From assembly GCA_964580285.1 (NCBI GenBank), contig CAZOKB010000001.1, positions 9,366 through 73,365 on the forward strand: a stretch of 64,000 nucleotides of DNA, written 5' to 3'. Source of the stretch: an uncultured Bdellovibrionales bacterium (GTDB taxonomy: Bacteria > Patescibacteriota > Minisyncoccia > Moranbacterales > UBA1568). Both the position numbers and the translations under genes were made by a program. How positions within the stretch are numbered: position 1 is the first letter of the stretch; the number at the start of each line of letters is the position of its first letter. Shown in pieces: positions 47,877-58,680 of this stretch. The notes under the pieces were generated by a model, which was not told where the DNA came from, searched no databases, and was given only the letters and a program-made list of their open reading frames with translations.

Positions 47877-48764
47877 ATGTCTGGAGAAAAGCAGTGGAAG
47901 GTGAAGAAAGCTATCATACCGGTAGCGGGGTTCGGGACGCGTTTCCTTCCGGCGACGAAGGCACAACCGAAGGAAATGTTGCCGGTAGTCGATAAACCAG
48001 TAGTGCAGTACCTAGTCGAAGAAGCAGTGACTTCTGGAGTGGAAGAAATCATCTTTGTGACTGGGCGTGGCAAGCGGGCCATTGAGGATCATTTTGATGT
48101 TTCGTATGAATTGGAAGATACGCTGGTGGAAAAGAATAAGCATGATCTCTTGGCGGTAGTGCAGGGTATATCAACCCTGGCTAAATTCTCGTATGTGAGA
48201 CAGCCGGTTCCATTGGGAGATGGGCATGCGATTCAACAGGCAGCACACCTTGTGGATGATGATGAGGCCGTGTTGATCATTTTCGGTGACTGCATTTATG
48301 ATTCGCAGGTGCCAGCAGCGAAGCAGCTGATCGATGCTTATGAACAGTTCCATGCTCCGATCATTGGTCTTTCGGAAGTCGAACGGTCCGAAGTTTCAAA
48401 GTTTGGTGTGATTGACGGAGAAGTTGTGGATCATGGTAATATTCGCGTCAAAGGCATGGTAGAAAAACCAAAGCCAGAGGAGGCACCATCAACTGCTGTG
48501 GCGGTTGGAAAATATATCATTACTCGGGAAGTATTCGATGTCTTGGCTGGTATGGAATCGGGTAAGTCGGGAGAGATCCGTTTGGCAGATGCTTTTGATA
48601 TCATGCTCCAAGAGGGGAGGCCGCTCTATGGTCGCATGCTTGAAGGGGAATGGCTCGATACCGGTGATAAGTTTAACTTTCTCAAGACGACCATTCATTA
48701 TGGGCTCAAGCATCCTGAAGTAGGAGAAAAGCTCCGTAAGTATCTCAAAGAACTATCGATCTAA
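47877..48764 (+). CDS. galU: UTP-glucose-1-phosphate uridylyltransferase
   Basis: KAIIPVAGFGTRFLPATKAQPKEMLP, VEKP. Confidence 0.95.
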   Translation: MSGEKQWKVKKAIIPVAGFGTRFLPATKAQPKEMLPVVDKPVVQYLVEEAVTSGVEEIIFVTGRGKRAIEDHFDVSYELEDTLVEKNKHDLLAVVQGISTLAKFSYVRQPVPLGDGHAIQQAAHLVDDDEAVLIIFGDCIYDSQVPAAKQLIDAYEQFHAPIIGLSEVERSEVSKFGVIDGEVVDHGNIRVKGMVEKPKPEEAPSTAVAVGKYIITREVFDVLAGMESGKSGEIRLADAFDIMLQEGRPLYGRMLEGEWLDTGDKFNFLKTTIHYGLKHPEVGEKLRKYLKELSI

Positions 48765-48870
48765 ATGATCAGGATACAACAAAAATAAATAGCAAAAGGG
48801 AGGGATGCAGATCAGTCCTTCCTTTTGTTAAAAGAGAGTTTATCGGACTATTCGTGTTGATGCTGCTGCT

Positions 48871-49563
48871 ATGTACTGGATCTACCTCACTTTCTTTATC
48901 CTGGCCGTTCTAACACCGCTCTTGGTAACGCATGGATATTTTGTTCTTCCGGAGGAGGAAACGGAAGGATTCGTGATCATGTTGCTTGGTATGATTACGT
49001 TTTTTATTTATCTAGCTAAAGAAAGAGCGCTTTTCCGTCTGGTACGTGAGCGGTTGTCATTGCAAAAGACGACCAATATTATTAGGAGAGATCTCTCTGA
49101 TTCTTATACCTATATCGGTTCAATGAACCGCAAGCAGGAAATTGTGAAAGAGCTTTTGTTCGAACTGGCGGAGGCCACAGCACATCACAGTGATCATTGT
49201 GATCTGTGGTATCGGAAGATTCTTCAGACCGCTACAGTGCTCTCGAAGTCAGAGGATGTTTCTCTGCGTTTCATCGACACCAGCAAGAGGGTGCTTCTTG
49301 ACCACTATGAAGACGGCCCTCAGGGGAACAGGCTGTTCATTAGCTTTGTGCCTTCAGTGCTGATTGATGAGGAGAAAATATTTTTCGAGTATCAAGGATG
49401 CTACATTGTGCGCTCTCCGAAGGTATCGGATGGCGTAGCAGCTTTTCTTATCGTGACCAAGCAAGTAAATCATTTTGAAGATGAAGAGATCTTCAAAATG
49501 TTGGCCTCAGAAGCACTGCTCCTGTATGTGCTTTCCCGGCAAGATTTTCTCTCTCCTTCATGA
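48871..49563 (+). CDS. Two-TM hypothetical protein with a cytoplasmic GAF-like region
   Basis: Two N-terminal TM helices and a coiled coil; 4-nt overlap with the GT gene. Confidence 0.7.
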   Translation: MYWIYLTFFILAVLTPLLVTHGYFVLPEEETEGFVIMLLGMITFFIYLAKERALFRLVRERLSLQKTTNIIRRDLSDSYTYIGSMNRKQEIVKELLFELAEATAHHSDHCDLWYRKILQTATVLSKSEDVSLRFIDTSKRVLLDHYEDGPQGNRLFISFVPSVLIDEEKIFFEYQGCYIVRSPKVSDGVAAFLIVTKQVNHFEDEEIFKMLASEALLLYVLSRQDFLSPS

Positions 49564-50717
49564 GTATGCGCATCGGCATTGACGCTCGTTTTTACGGATC
49601 GCTTGGCAAAGGGCTCGGGCGCTATACCGAAAAACTCATCGAATCACTTGAAGAAGTCGATACGACGAATGAGTATGTGATTTTTTTGCGTCGAGAAAAT
49701 TTTGATGAGTATGTACCGCGGTCACCTCAGTTCCACAAAGTACTGGCGGATTATCATTGGTACGGTTTGGCGGAACAAATACTTTTCCCATGGCTGCTTC
49801 TGCGACAGCATCTCGATCTGGTTCATTTCCCGCACTTCAATGTCCCGGTGCTTTACCCGAAGCGTTTTGTGGTGACCATTCATGATCTTATCCTGCTGCG
49901 CTATCCGACGTTGCGGAATACGACTCGGTTGGCCATGTGGTATTGGGTGAAATTTGCCTTCTATCGATTGGTGATCTGGACAGCCTGTTTTCGTGCGCGT
50001 ACCGTGATCACGGTGTCGCGCTTCACGGAATCTGATTTGCTCCAAGAATTCCCTTTCTTACTTGGGAAGACCTGGGTAACTCTCGAGGGGGCGGATCGAA
50101 ACTGTGCGGTGGCCCTGCCTCAAGAACAAGGAGAAGTGCTGAAAAAATGCGGACTCTCTCTTTTGGAAACGAACGGGTCTTCTCTGCATCAACGTGATAT
50201 ACTACAACCGTATTTTTTGTACGTTGGCAATGCGTATCCGCACAAAAATTTAGAGATGATCGGTGCTATAGCGGCTCGTTTTCCCGAATACCGATTCGTC
50301 TTGGTGGGGCGTTCGGATTATTTTTATCAGCAGCTGAAGAGGACCTTTACCTCCCCGAATCTTTGTTTTGCAGGTTTTCTTTCGGACACAGAGCTCTCAG
50401 TGCTCTACCGGCATGCGATAGCCTATGTGTTTCCTTCGTTCTATGAAGGATTTGGATTGCCTCCGCTTGAAGCGATGAATTACGGTTTACCAGTGATTTC
50501 ATCGGAGCGCGGATCGCTTCCAGAGGTACTCGGAAAGGCGGCGCTGTATTTCGATCCAGAACAAGAAGCCTCTTTTGAAAGACAGATTCGGTCTGTCGCT
50601 ACGGATAAAGAACTCTCCCAACGCATGCGGCACAGAGGGTATCGTCATGTGAGGTTGTTTAGTTGGAAACGTATGGCGAAAAGTACGCAGAATGTATATC
50701 GGGAAGCGCTTTCGTGA
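49560..50717 (+). CDS. Glycosyltransferase family 4
   Basis: IGIDAR, TIHDL, EGFGLPPLEAM. Confidence 0.92.
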   Translation: MSMRIGIDARFYGSLGKGLGRYTEKLIESLEEVDTTNEYVIFLRRENFDEYVPRSPQFHKVLADYHWYGLAEQILFPWLLLRQHLDLVHFPHFNVPVLYPKRFVVTIHDLILLRYPTLRNTTRLAMWYWVKFAFYRLVIWTACFRARTVITVSRFTESDLLQEFPFLLGKTWVTLEGADRNCAVALPQEQGEVLKKCGLSLLETNGSSLHQRDILQPYFLYVGNAYPHKNLEMIGAIAARFPEYRFVLVGRSDYFYQQLKRTFTSPNLCFAGFLSDTELSVLYRHAIAYVFPSFYEGFGLPPLEAMNYGLPVISSERGSLPEVLGKAALYFDPEQEASFERQIRSVATDKELSQRMRHRGYRHVRLFSWKRMAKSTQNVYREALS

Positions 50718-50761
50718 CTCAAGCACAGAGCGAACTCTTGCAAGACACAAAACTTCTTATC

Positions 50762-52900
50762 ATGGACAGCCTTCGAAAACAGACAAAAAAAAATCTTTCT
50801 GCTCTCGCAAATTTTCAATCAGAAAATGAGCCTTTGCGGATAAGCAAAAGCGTATCTTTTGTGCCATCAGCACCAGCTGGCCAGGCCCGTGATTTGAAAC
50901 GCGTGGTTCGCACGGAACGAAACGGATATTCGCAAGAGAGTTTTTTTTGGCGGAAGAGGATAAAGTTAGTTTTTTTTCTGTGCTTGATGATCGGGGCGCC
51001 TCTGTATGGAATGCTCGCCTGGCAGCGGGCTCAGGTATTGATCCGGTCTGGCAATACTGGTTATGCGGAAATTCTCCTTGCTACGGAGGCCTTGAAGGGG
51101 AAGCAGTTCCAGATTGCCAATGGTGATTTTCATCAATCGAGCAATGCATTCAGGGATGCGCATACGGCGCTCAGTTTGTTCCCAGGGTGGCTCGTGGAGA
51201 GCGTGCGTTTTATCCCGGGTCTTTCTCGGGCTGCATCGGGCCGATCTGCTCTTCTGGCAGGGGAGCATATTGCTCGGGCAGGGATCATTATGACGGATGT
51301 GGCGATAGATATGACGGAGGAATCGGTTGCTGGTTCGCCGCCAACCTCACTTCTCGAAAAATTACAAAAAGTGCAGGGTCCGCTCGCCGATGCCGGAAAA
51401 GAACTCGGGGAAGCGCAACGGCTTTTCGAGCGGGTGAATGTGGCGGATATCCCCGAAGAGCGGCGAGCACAATTTGTAGAAGCTAAAACACTGTTGCCAG
51501 TAGCAGTAGGAGCGCTGTCGGCGTTTCAGGATCGAGAAAAGATTCTTGTAGAGCTTTTGGGAGGCAATGGCCCACGAAAATACCTTTTTCTGTTTCAGAA
51601 TAACCATGAATTACGCGCTACAGGCGGATTTATTGGGAGCTATGCGTTGCTCAATCTGCATGACGGAGTGATGGATCAGTTTTTTGTGGATGGTATTTTT
51701 AATCCGGATGGTCAGTTGAAAGAAAATATTGTTCCACCGCAGCCGATCCAAAAGATCAGTGCGGCCTGGAGTCTACATGACAGTAACTGGTATCCGGATT
51801 TCCCTACTTCAGCAGAAAAGGCTATTTCTTTTTATGAGAAAACTGGAGGGCCAACGGTAGATGGCGTGGTAACCGTAACGCCTACCGTTATGGAAAGGTT
51901 GCTTGAGGTACTTGGTCCGATCGATTTGCCGGCGTATGGCGTGACGATCGACGCAGAGAATTTTATCCCGATCGTTCAGGAACAAGTTGAGGAGAAGTAT
52001 GACAAGACTGAAAATAATCCCAAGAAAATACTGTCAGATTTGGCGGTAGCTATGTTGGCTCGCATGAGCGCGCTCGATGATCGGAAAACACTTTTCGGTT
52101 TAGCGGAGGCGTTGGTGCGAGGCTTGAATGAAAAGCATATCTTGCTGTATGCACGACATGCGGAAACAGAGGGGCTCATCGACCAAACCGGATGGTCCGG
52201 AAAACTCTTACCAACAGAAAAAGATTTTCTGTCGGTGGTGCATAGTAATATCAATGGATACAAGACGGATGGAGTGATCGACGAACGCATTGCACATCGT
52301 TCGCTTATTGCGGCGGATGGGTCAGTGATCGATACCGTATCGGTCACACGACAGCACAATGGAGGGAATACCCCGTATGTTTGGTGGAATAAAGTGAATG
52401 CTGATTACCTGCGAGTCTACGTACCCTTAGGTGCAGAACTCCTTTCGGTGAAAGGGACCACCTGGGAATTTCCAAAAGAACCTTTGGATTATACTGCCTT
52501 GGGTTTTCAGCGTGATGCGGGAGTTGAGAATGAGGAATCGAATGCGCGTATTCATGAAGGAAGTGGAACGCGGATCAGTGAAGAGAATGGCAAGACCGTT
52601 TTTGGCGCTTGGGTGTATGTGAGTCCAGGAGAGAGTGTGACGGTGGAATTTTCTTATCGTTTGCCGTTTCATATTGACCCTGATCGGTTGCGATCAGGTC
52701 AAGCGGAGCGGTTCTCGGTCTTGTATCAAAAGCAGTCAGGTTCTTTGGGAAGCAAGCTCCATTCGGAGATTCTCTTTCCGGAACACTGGAAGAGCGTTTG
52801 GCAGACCGGCGGGGATCTGATACCGTATGGACGTCGCTTGGTATTTGATGGAGATTTGGCAATAGATCATTTTATAGGGACGGCGCTCATGCGCGAATAG
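50762..52900 (+). CDS. DUF4012-like membrane-anchored extracellular protein
   Basis: YLFLFQNNHELRATGGFIGSY, DSNWYPDFPTSA, YLRVYVP. Confidence 0.85.
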   Translation: MDSLRKQTKKNLSALANFQSENEPLRISKSVSFVPSAPAGQARDLKRVVRTERNGYSQESFFWRKRIKLVFFLCLMIGAPLYGMLAWQRAQVLIRSGNTGYAEILLATEALKGKQFQIANGDFHQSSNAFRDAHTALSLFPGWLVESVRFIPGLSRAASGRSALLAGEHIARAGIIMTDVAIDMTEESVAGSPPTSLLEKLQKVQGPLADAGKELGEAQRLFERVNVADIPEERRAQFVEAKTLLPVAVGALSAFQDREKILVELLGGNGPRKYLFLFQNNHELRATGGFIGSYALLNLHDGVMDQFFVDGIFNPDGQLKENIVPPQPIQKISAAWSLHDSNWYPDFPTSAEKAISFYEKTGGPTVDGVVTVTPTVMERLLEVLGPIDLPAYGVTIDAENFIPIVQEQVEEKYDKTENNPKKILSDLAVAMLARMSALDDRKTLFGLAEALVRGLNEKHILLYARHAETEGLIDQTGWSGKLLPTEKDFLSVVHSNINGYKTDGVIDERIAHRSLIAADGSVIDTVSVTRQHNGGNTPYVWWNKVNADYLRVYVPLGAELLSVKGTTWEFPKEPLDYTALGFQRDAGVENEESNARIHEGSGTRISEENGKTVFGAWVYVSPGESVTVEFSYRLPFHIDPDRLRSGQAERFSVLYQKQSGSLGSKLHSEILFPEHWKSVWQTGGDLIPYGRRLVFDGDLAIDHFIGTALMRE

Positions 52901-52940
52901 TCTGAGAAAAAAAGAATCAACAGTGTAATCGAATAGAGGT

Positions 52941-54602
52941 ATGGTAGAGCGCATGATAGAGCGTTGGCGGAAACTTGGATTGAAAACGACACATACGGTC
53001 GGTGCGGCTGCATTGATTATTTCGCTCTCTGGTATTGCGAGTCGCTTTCTCGGGTTTCTTCGGGATCGGCTTTTGGCATCGCAGTTTGGCGCGGGGGATA
53101 CGCTGGATGCCTATTATGCAGCTTTCCGTTTGCCGGATCTTTTTTATAGCCTGATTGTCTTGGGGGCTCTTTCGGCAGCTTTCCTACCGGTATTTACAGA
53201 ATTACGAACAAAGGAACAGGAACAGAAGGCGTGGGACTTGGCTTCGGATGTACTAGGTCTTTTAGTGGTAGCCTTGGGAGTATTGGGTATCTGCGGGGCG
53301 GTGTTTGCTGGCGAGGTGGTGACATTGGTGGCCCCTGGATTTTCTGGGGAAAAACGTGATCTTGCTATTGTGCTTACACGGATCATGCTGCTTTCCCCGA
53401 TTTTTCTCTCGGTGAGCGCTGTCCTTTCGGGAGTGCTCATGTCTTTCCGGCGTTTTATCGCCTATTCGCTGGCCCCACTGTTTTATAATGTGGGAATTAT
53501 TTTTGGGATACTTGTTTTGGTACCACTGTGGGGTGTGAGCGGCTTGGGCTGGGGAGTGGTGGTGGGGGCAGGACTGCATATGGCTACGCAGTGGCCAGCA
53601 CTCATAGGTACAGGGATACGTTTCCGTTTCCGACCTCGTACGGCCTTTGCCAATCCGGCTGTGCGCCGGGTAGTGCGCCTCATGATCCCTCGCTCTTTGA
53701 GTATGGGAGTGAATCAGATCGGACTTCTGGTTATGACGATATTTGCTTCTTTACTTGCTTCGGGAAGTCTTGCGGCGTTCACGTTTGCGAACAATATTCA
53801 GAGCGTGGCGCTCGGACTCTTCGGTGTCGCGTTTTCGGTGGCGGCTTTCCCGGCTCTTTCAGCGTATGCAGCTGAGCAAAAAGGAGAAGATTTCTTTTCA
53901 GTGCTCTCTGATGCAACGCGCCGTATTCTTTTTTTTGTACTGCCTCTCTCGGCGCTCATCATCGTGTTTCGGGCACAGTTTGTACGCGTGATTCTTGGGA
54001 GCGGTCATTTTAACTGGGAAGATACTATCGTGACGTTTAATGTCCTGGCTTGGCTTTCGGTGAGTCTGTTTGCGCAAAGCCTTATTCCGTTGTTTGCGCG
54101 GGCTTTCTTTGCGCTTCAGAATACGAAAACACCGCTCTATATTGCTATCGGAGCAGAAGCACTGCACGTAGTGTTATTGTTCGCACTGAAGCAGTCTGCC
54201 TATTTTTCCATAGAGGCTTTAGCGGCAGCTTTTTCGGTCGCGACCATCGTGAATCTTTTATTGTTGTATGTGGCGCTTCGGCGACGAACGTTGTACTGGC
54301 ATGATGCCCGAATACTCGCCCCAGCGACAAAAATCGCATTAGCGGCTATTTTGGCAGGGTTATTTGCTCAGGCATCAAAGTATGTATTCGCATTAACGAC
54401 CAATGAACTCGATACCTTTGTTGAGGTGTTTTTGCAGCTCTTCTTCGGTCTCCTGATAGGCGGATCGGCCTACTTGGTTTTCTGTATCTGGTTGCAGGTA
54501 GAAGAACTTCAAGTCCTCAAGCGTTTTATTTGGTGTCGTATTCTCCGTCAACCAGAAACGCTGGCATCCGTGGAAGATCACCCAGAGAAAGGAGAGTGGT
54601 AA
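52941..54602 (+). CDS. murJ: Lipid II flippase MurJ
   Basis: SRFLGFLRD, DAYYAAFRLPD, GALSAAFLPVF; about 14 TM helices. Confidence 0.93.
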   Translation: MVERMIERWRKLGLKTTHTVGAAALIISLSGIASRFLGFLRDRLLASQFGAGDTLDAYYAAFRLPDLFYSLIVLGALSAAFLPVFTELRTKEQEQKAWDLASDVLGLLVVALGVLGICGAVFAGEVVTLVAPGFSGEKRDLAIVLTRIMLLSPIFLSVSAVLSGVLMSFRRFIAYSLAPLFYNVGIIFGILVLVPLWGVSGLGWGVVVGAGLHMATQWPALIGTGIRFRFRPRTAFANPAVRRVVRLMIPRSLSMGVNQIGLLVMTIFASLLASGSLAAFTFANNIQSVALGLFGVAFSVAAFPALSAYAAEQKGEDFFSVLSDATRRILFFVLPLSALIIVFRAQFVRVILGSGHFNWEDTIVTFNVLAWLSVSLFAQSLIPLFARAFFALQNTKTPLYIAIGAEALHVVLLFALKQSAYFSIEALAAAFSVATIVNLLLLYVALRRRTLYWHDARILAPATKIALAAILAGLFAQASKYVFALTTNELDTFVEVFLQLFFGLLIGGSAYLVFCIWLQVEELQVLKRFIWCRILRQPETLASVEDHPEKGEW

Positions 54603-54716
54603 CAAGGGGTTTGAGTTGCCGGGCTTTTTGTTTTGATCCTTTCTGCCTTGCCTCAAAGTGATTTTTCGCGTAGTGTGGAGAAGAAATTTAAGCCGGGAAA
54701 CCGGCTTTTCGTGACT

Positions 54717-56528
54717 ATGCAACAGGAATACATTCGAAATTTTTGTATCATTGCGCATATCGACCATGGGAAAAGCACCCTGGCCGATCGCTTAATCGAG
54801 CTTACGCATACGGTTGAAGACCGGAAAATGAAGGAACAGCTCTTAGATCAAATGGATCTGGAGCGGGAACGGGGGATTACGATCAAGCTCCAGCCGGTGC
54901 AGATGCGGTACCGATATCAAGACACGGATTATGTTTTAAATTTGATCGATACTCCAGGGCACGTGGATTTTCATTACGAAGTGTCTCGATCGCTTGCCGC
55001 GGTAGAGGGTGCTATTTTGTTGGTCGATGCAACGAAGGGAGTACAGGCACAGACGTTGGCTAATCTCTACTTGGCCATTGAGCAAGGACTGGAGATTATT
55101 CCGGTGGTGAATAAGATTGATCTTCCTAATGCTCAAGTAGAGAAAACAAAAAAAGAAATCATGCACGTACTTGGTTGCGTAGAAGAAGATATTCTTGAAG
55201 CTAGCGGGAAAACAGGTATAGGGGTTCAGGCAGTACTGGAGCGGGTCATTGAACGTGTCCCGGCTCCCCGAGGGAACAAAGATGGGCAATTGCGAGCACT
55301 CATTTTTGATTCCGTGTATAACACCTACAAGGGCGTGGTGGCCTATGTGAAAGTGGTGGACGGGAGCGTGCGGCGTGATGATGTGCTGCATATGCTTGGG
55401 ACCAGCAATGAGAGTGTGACGGTTGAAGTTGGTATGTTCAAACCGAATCTGGTGCCTACGGAAGTACTCGAGGCGGGGACTATTGGGTATATTGCCACCG
55501 GACTCAAAGAAGTAGCGCACTGCCGAGTGGGGGACACGATTACGTGGAAACCAAAAGAACGTCAGCCGCTCCAGGTGGATATGCTCCCAGGGTACCGGGA
55601 AATTAGACCAGCGGTGTACGCGAGTCTCTATCCGATTGATGGTGATGAGTATGGGTTGATGCGGGATGCACTCGAGAAATTGAAGCTGAATGACGCAGCT
55701 TTTGTTTTTGAGCCAGAGTCAAATGAAGCGCTGGGTCGAGGGTTCCGCTGTGGATTCCTTGGACTCCTCCATCTGGAGATCATCCAGGAGCGACTGCGGC
55801 GGGAGTTCAATATGGAGCCTACCATCACAACACCGTCAGTCGTCTATGAGATTAAACTCTTTGGTCACGAAGAGCATGTTCCTATGTACTCGCCTGCGAA
55901 CATGCCTGATCCAGCTGGTATAGAAATGATTTATGAACCGTATGTAGCTCTTTCCATTGTGACGCCGAGTGAATTTTTAGGGAATGTGATGAATCTCGCC
56001 CAGAAAATTCGGTCAGTGTATAAAAATACCGAGTATCTGGATGAAGAACGAGTGCTCCTTTCTTTCGAGGCTCCACTCATGGATGTGATTGTAAGTTTTC
56101 ATGACGAACTCAAGAGTGCGACCCAGGGGTATGCTTCCATGAATTATGATCCTATCGGTTCTCGGGAAAGCGATGTAGAACGGTTGGATATCCTGGTGGC
56201 AGGAGACAAGATTGATGCATTTTCTCGTATGGTACCCAAGCGCTCTGCGTATGATGAAGGCAAGCGGGTCGTTGAGAAATTAAAGGAAGTGATTCCGCGG
56301 CAGAACTTCGCGGTCGCTATTCAGGCAGCGATTGGGAGTAAGGTGATTGCTCGTGAAACTATTTCGGCGTACCGCAAGGATGTGACGGGGTATATGTACG
56401 GTGGGGACTTTTCTCGCAAGAAAAAACTCTTAGAGAAACAGAAGCGGGGAAAAAAGAAGGCCAAAGAACTTGGCCAGGGGAAAGTGCCGATCCCAGGGGA
56501 AGCGTTCTTGGCTATATTGAAGAACTAG
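54717..56528 (+). CDS. lepA: Elongation factor 4
   Basis: IRNFCIIAHIDHGKSTLADR, DTPGH, NKID, GFLGLLH, KKLLEKQK. Confidence 0.98.
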   Translation: MQQEYIRNFCIIAHIDHGKSTLADRLIELTHTVEDRKMKEQLLDQMDLERERGITIKLQPVQMRYRYQDTDYVLNLIDTPGHVDFHYEVSRSLAAVEGAILLVDATKGVQAQTLANLYLAIEQGLEIIPVVNKIDLPNAQVEKTKKEIMHVLGCVEEDILEASGKTGIGVQAVLERVIERVPAPRGNKDGQLRALIFDSVYNTYKGVVAYVKVVDGSVRRDDVLHMLGTSNESVTVEVGMFKPNLVPTEVLEAGTIGYIATGLKEVAHCRVGDTITWKPKERQPLQVDMLPGYREIRPAVYASLYPIDGDEYGLMRDALEKLKLNDAAFVFEPESNEALGRGFRCGFLGLLHLEIIQERLRREFNMEPTITTPSVVYEIKLFGHEEHVPMYSPANMPDPAGIEMIYEPYVALSIVTPSEFLGNVMNLAQKIRSVYKNTEYLDEERVLLSFEAPLMDVIVSFHDELKSATQGYASMNYDPIGSRESDVERLDILVAGDKIDAFSRMVPKRSAYDEGKRVVEKLKEVIPRQNFAVAIQAAIGSKVIARETISAYRKDVTGYMYGGDFSRKKKLLEKQKRGKKKAKELGQGKVPIPGEAFLAILKN

Positions 56529-56651
56529 GAGAGTGAGAGCTATGGTGTTTCTCGGGGCGGAATGTGTGTTATGCCGGAGAAGTAGAGTCCTCCCTACTAT
56601 GTTAGGTGTACGCGTTTGAAGTATATCTGTGTAGACCACCTAATAGTTTTC

Positions 56652-56734
56652 GTCATTGCGATGGAGTCTGCAACCACAGCAATCTAGAAGGATAGTTTAT
56701 ACATATCGGATTGCCGCGCTTCGCTCGCAATGAC
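56652..56734. repeat. Palindromic REP/RPE-like element
   Basis: 10-bp terminal IR GTCATTGCGA..TCGCAATGAC, inner GCAATC/GATTGC pair and a GCTTCGC mini-hairpin. Confidence 0.8.
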
Positions 56735-56760
56735 AGAACTTCTCAACATTTGAGTCTTAT

Positions 56761-58563
56761 ATGTTTGCAAAGAATCCATTAGTCAATCTCATACGAACGA
56801 TGTGGAGGTATTCAGAGGGCAACCGAAAAAGAGTGGTTGTTTTTGTATTGCTGTTTGTTGTGGCGCAAATTGTGTATCTGGCAGAGCCGGCTATCATCGC
56901 GAGAATTTTCACGGCAGTGCAGTCGGGGACAAGCGGAGCGGAGCTTTTTCATATCATCACTACGAGCTTTAGTCTTATTCTCGTTGTCATTGCTATCTTT
57001 TGGATGCTCCATGGTACTGCAAGAATCATGGAGCAGGAGAATGCTTTCATGGCGCGGAAACGATATCGAGAAGAAATGCTCCGAAAAACTCTGGATCTTC
57101 CGGTCTCCTGGCATGCAGCGCATCATTCTGGAGATACCATAGATAAGATCAATAAAGGTGCTACGAGTGTATTTGATTTTTCGAGTGAGATATACTTGAT
57201 GGTTCAAATGGTAGTTCGGTTAACCGGATCGCTGGCTATTCTTGCTTATTTTGATTGGTTGACGGCTCTTGTAGCTGGATCGGTGAGTGTGTTGGCTTTT
57301 CTGTTGCTTACGAAGTTTGATGTACAACTAAAGAAAACATACGACGGAGTTTTTAAGTGGGAGAATCGCTTGGCAGCCACAGTCCATGATTATGTGAGCA
57401 ATGTCTTTACCGTGATTACTTTGCGTTTAAAGCTGGTCGTCTTAAAGAGAATTGAAGAGCAATCCTGGAAAGGACTCCCGCTCTTTATAAAAAATGCGAA
57501 GCTGAATGAAGTGAAGTGGGCAACGACTGACTTTCTAGTTATGGGCATGGTGGCCGGCGTGCTGGTTTTGTATTCCTATCGTTCTTACGTTACGTCGGGT
57601 TCGATAGCGATTGGTATCTTGTATGCTCTCTATCAATATCTTCAGAATGTCGGTAATACGTTTTATAATTTTGCGTGGCAATATGGGCAACTCCTGAAGA
57701 AGGATGCTGCTGTGCGTAATGCAAATATTCTTGAGCAGGAGTATGCAAAAATGAATATTCCTCTACCTGTCTACTTGCCGGCGGATTGGAAGACTCTCCA
57801 GATCAAGGATCTGATGTTTGCATACCCTTCAGGGAAAAACGATCAGAAGGAAGGCAAGAAAAGCCATGTGGATGGAATTTCACTCACGTTGGATCGCGGA
57901 AAAAAGATTGCGTTGATTGGTGAAAGCGGGTCAGGAAAGAGCACGGTGCTTGCCTTGCTGCGCGGACTCTATTTGTCTGATACTGTGACAGTGTTTTGTG
58001 ATGGCCGTAAGTTGCACAAAGGGTTGGCACACTTATATGAGCACGCCACGCTTATTCCGCAGGATCCGGAAATATTCAATGCGACTGCCAAGGAAAATAT
58101 AGTGATGGGTACATCTGGGTTGGAAGAGCGTGTGAAGAAAGCACTACATATTTCCCGGTTTTCTTCCGTGGTTTCTCGGTTACCCCATGGATTGACCACG
58201 AATGTTATGGAAAAAGGCGTGTCGCTTTCGGGAGGAGAAAAGCAGCGATTGGCTTTGGCGCGAGGAATCTTGGCGGCTCGTGACAGCGATATTCTTCTGT
58301 TGGATGAACCAACCTCAAGCGTTGATAGCGTGAACGAGAGAGAGATTTATGAAGGTATTTTTCAGGAATTTGAAGGGAAAACAATTATTTCTACGATTCA
58401 CCGGCTACACCTGCTCCGTTCTTTCGATTATATTTATTTTTTCCAAGAGGGAAACATTAGAGCGGAAGGAAATTTCCATACGTTACTTGAAGAACCTCTT
58501 TTCCGAGTATTATGGGAAAATTATATTCGCGAGACCGAAAAACAGAAGAAAACGTCAGAATGA
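56761..58563 (+). CDS. ABC exporter (fused TMD-NBD)
   Basis: Six TM helices; GESGSGKST, LSGGEKQR, LLLDEPTS, HRL. Confidence 0.93.
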   Translation: MFAKNPLVNLIRTMWRYSEGNRKRVVVFVLLFVVAQIVYLAEPAIIARIFTAVQSGTSGAELFHIITTSFSLILVVIAIFWMLHGTARIMEQENAFMARKRYREEMLRKTLDLPVSWHAAHHSGDTIDKINKGATSVFDFSSEIYLMVQMVVRLTGSLAILAYFDWLTALVAGSVSVLAFLLLTKFDVQLKKTYDGVFKWENRLAATVHDYVSNVFTVITLRLKLVVLKRIEEQSWKGLPLFIKNAKLNEVKWATTDFLVMGMVAGVLVLYSYRSYVTSGSIAIGILYALYQYLQNVGNTFYNFAWQYGQLLKKDAAVRNANILEQEYAKMNIPLPVYLPADWKTLQIKDLMFAYPSGKNDQKEGKKSHVDGISLTLDRGKKIALIGESGSGKSTVLALLRGLYLSDTVTVFCDGRKLHKGLAHLYEHATLIPQDPEIFNATAKENIVMGTSGLEERVKKALHISRFSSVVSRLPHGLTTNVMEKGVSLSGGEKQRLALARGILAARDSDILLLDEPTSSVDSVNEREIYEGIFQEFEGKTIISTIHRLHLLRSFDYIYFFQEGNIRAEGNFHTLLEEPLFRVLWENYIRETEKQKKTSE

Positions 58564-58680
58564 GGGTGCTTTTAAGATACTTTCGAATGCATTGAATCAC
58601 ATGGGTAGTCTAAAGCTCGTTTTGAGCTTCTTCTTTGAAAAATGCAAGAAGGGCAGTATACTAAAGAGGTAATTATTGTC

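Noticed and set aside
50195-50203. Internal extended -10 (TGATATACT) inside the GT4 gene
   Set aside because: No matching -35, and it lies over 500 nt from the next start; it cannot be distinguished from chance.
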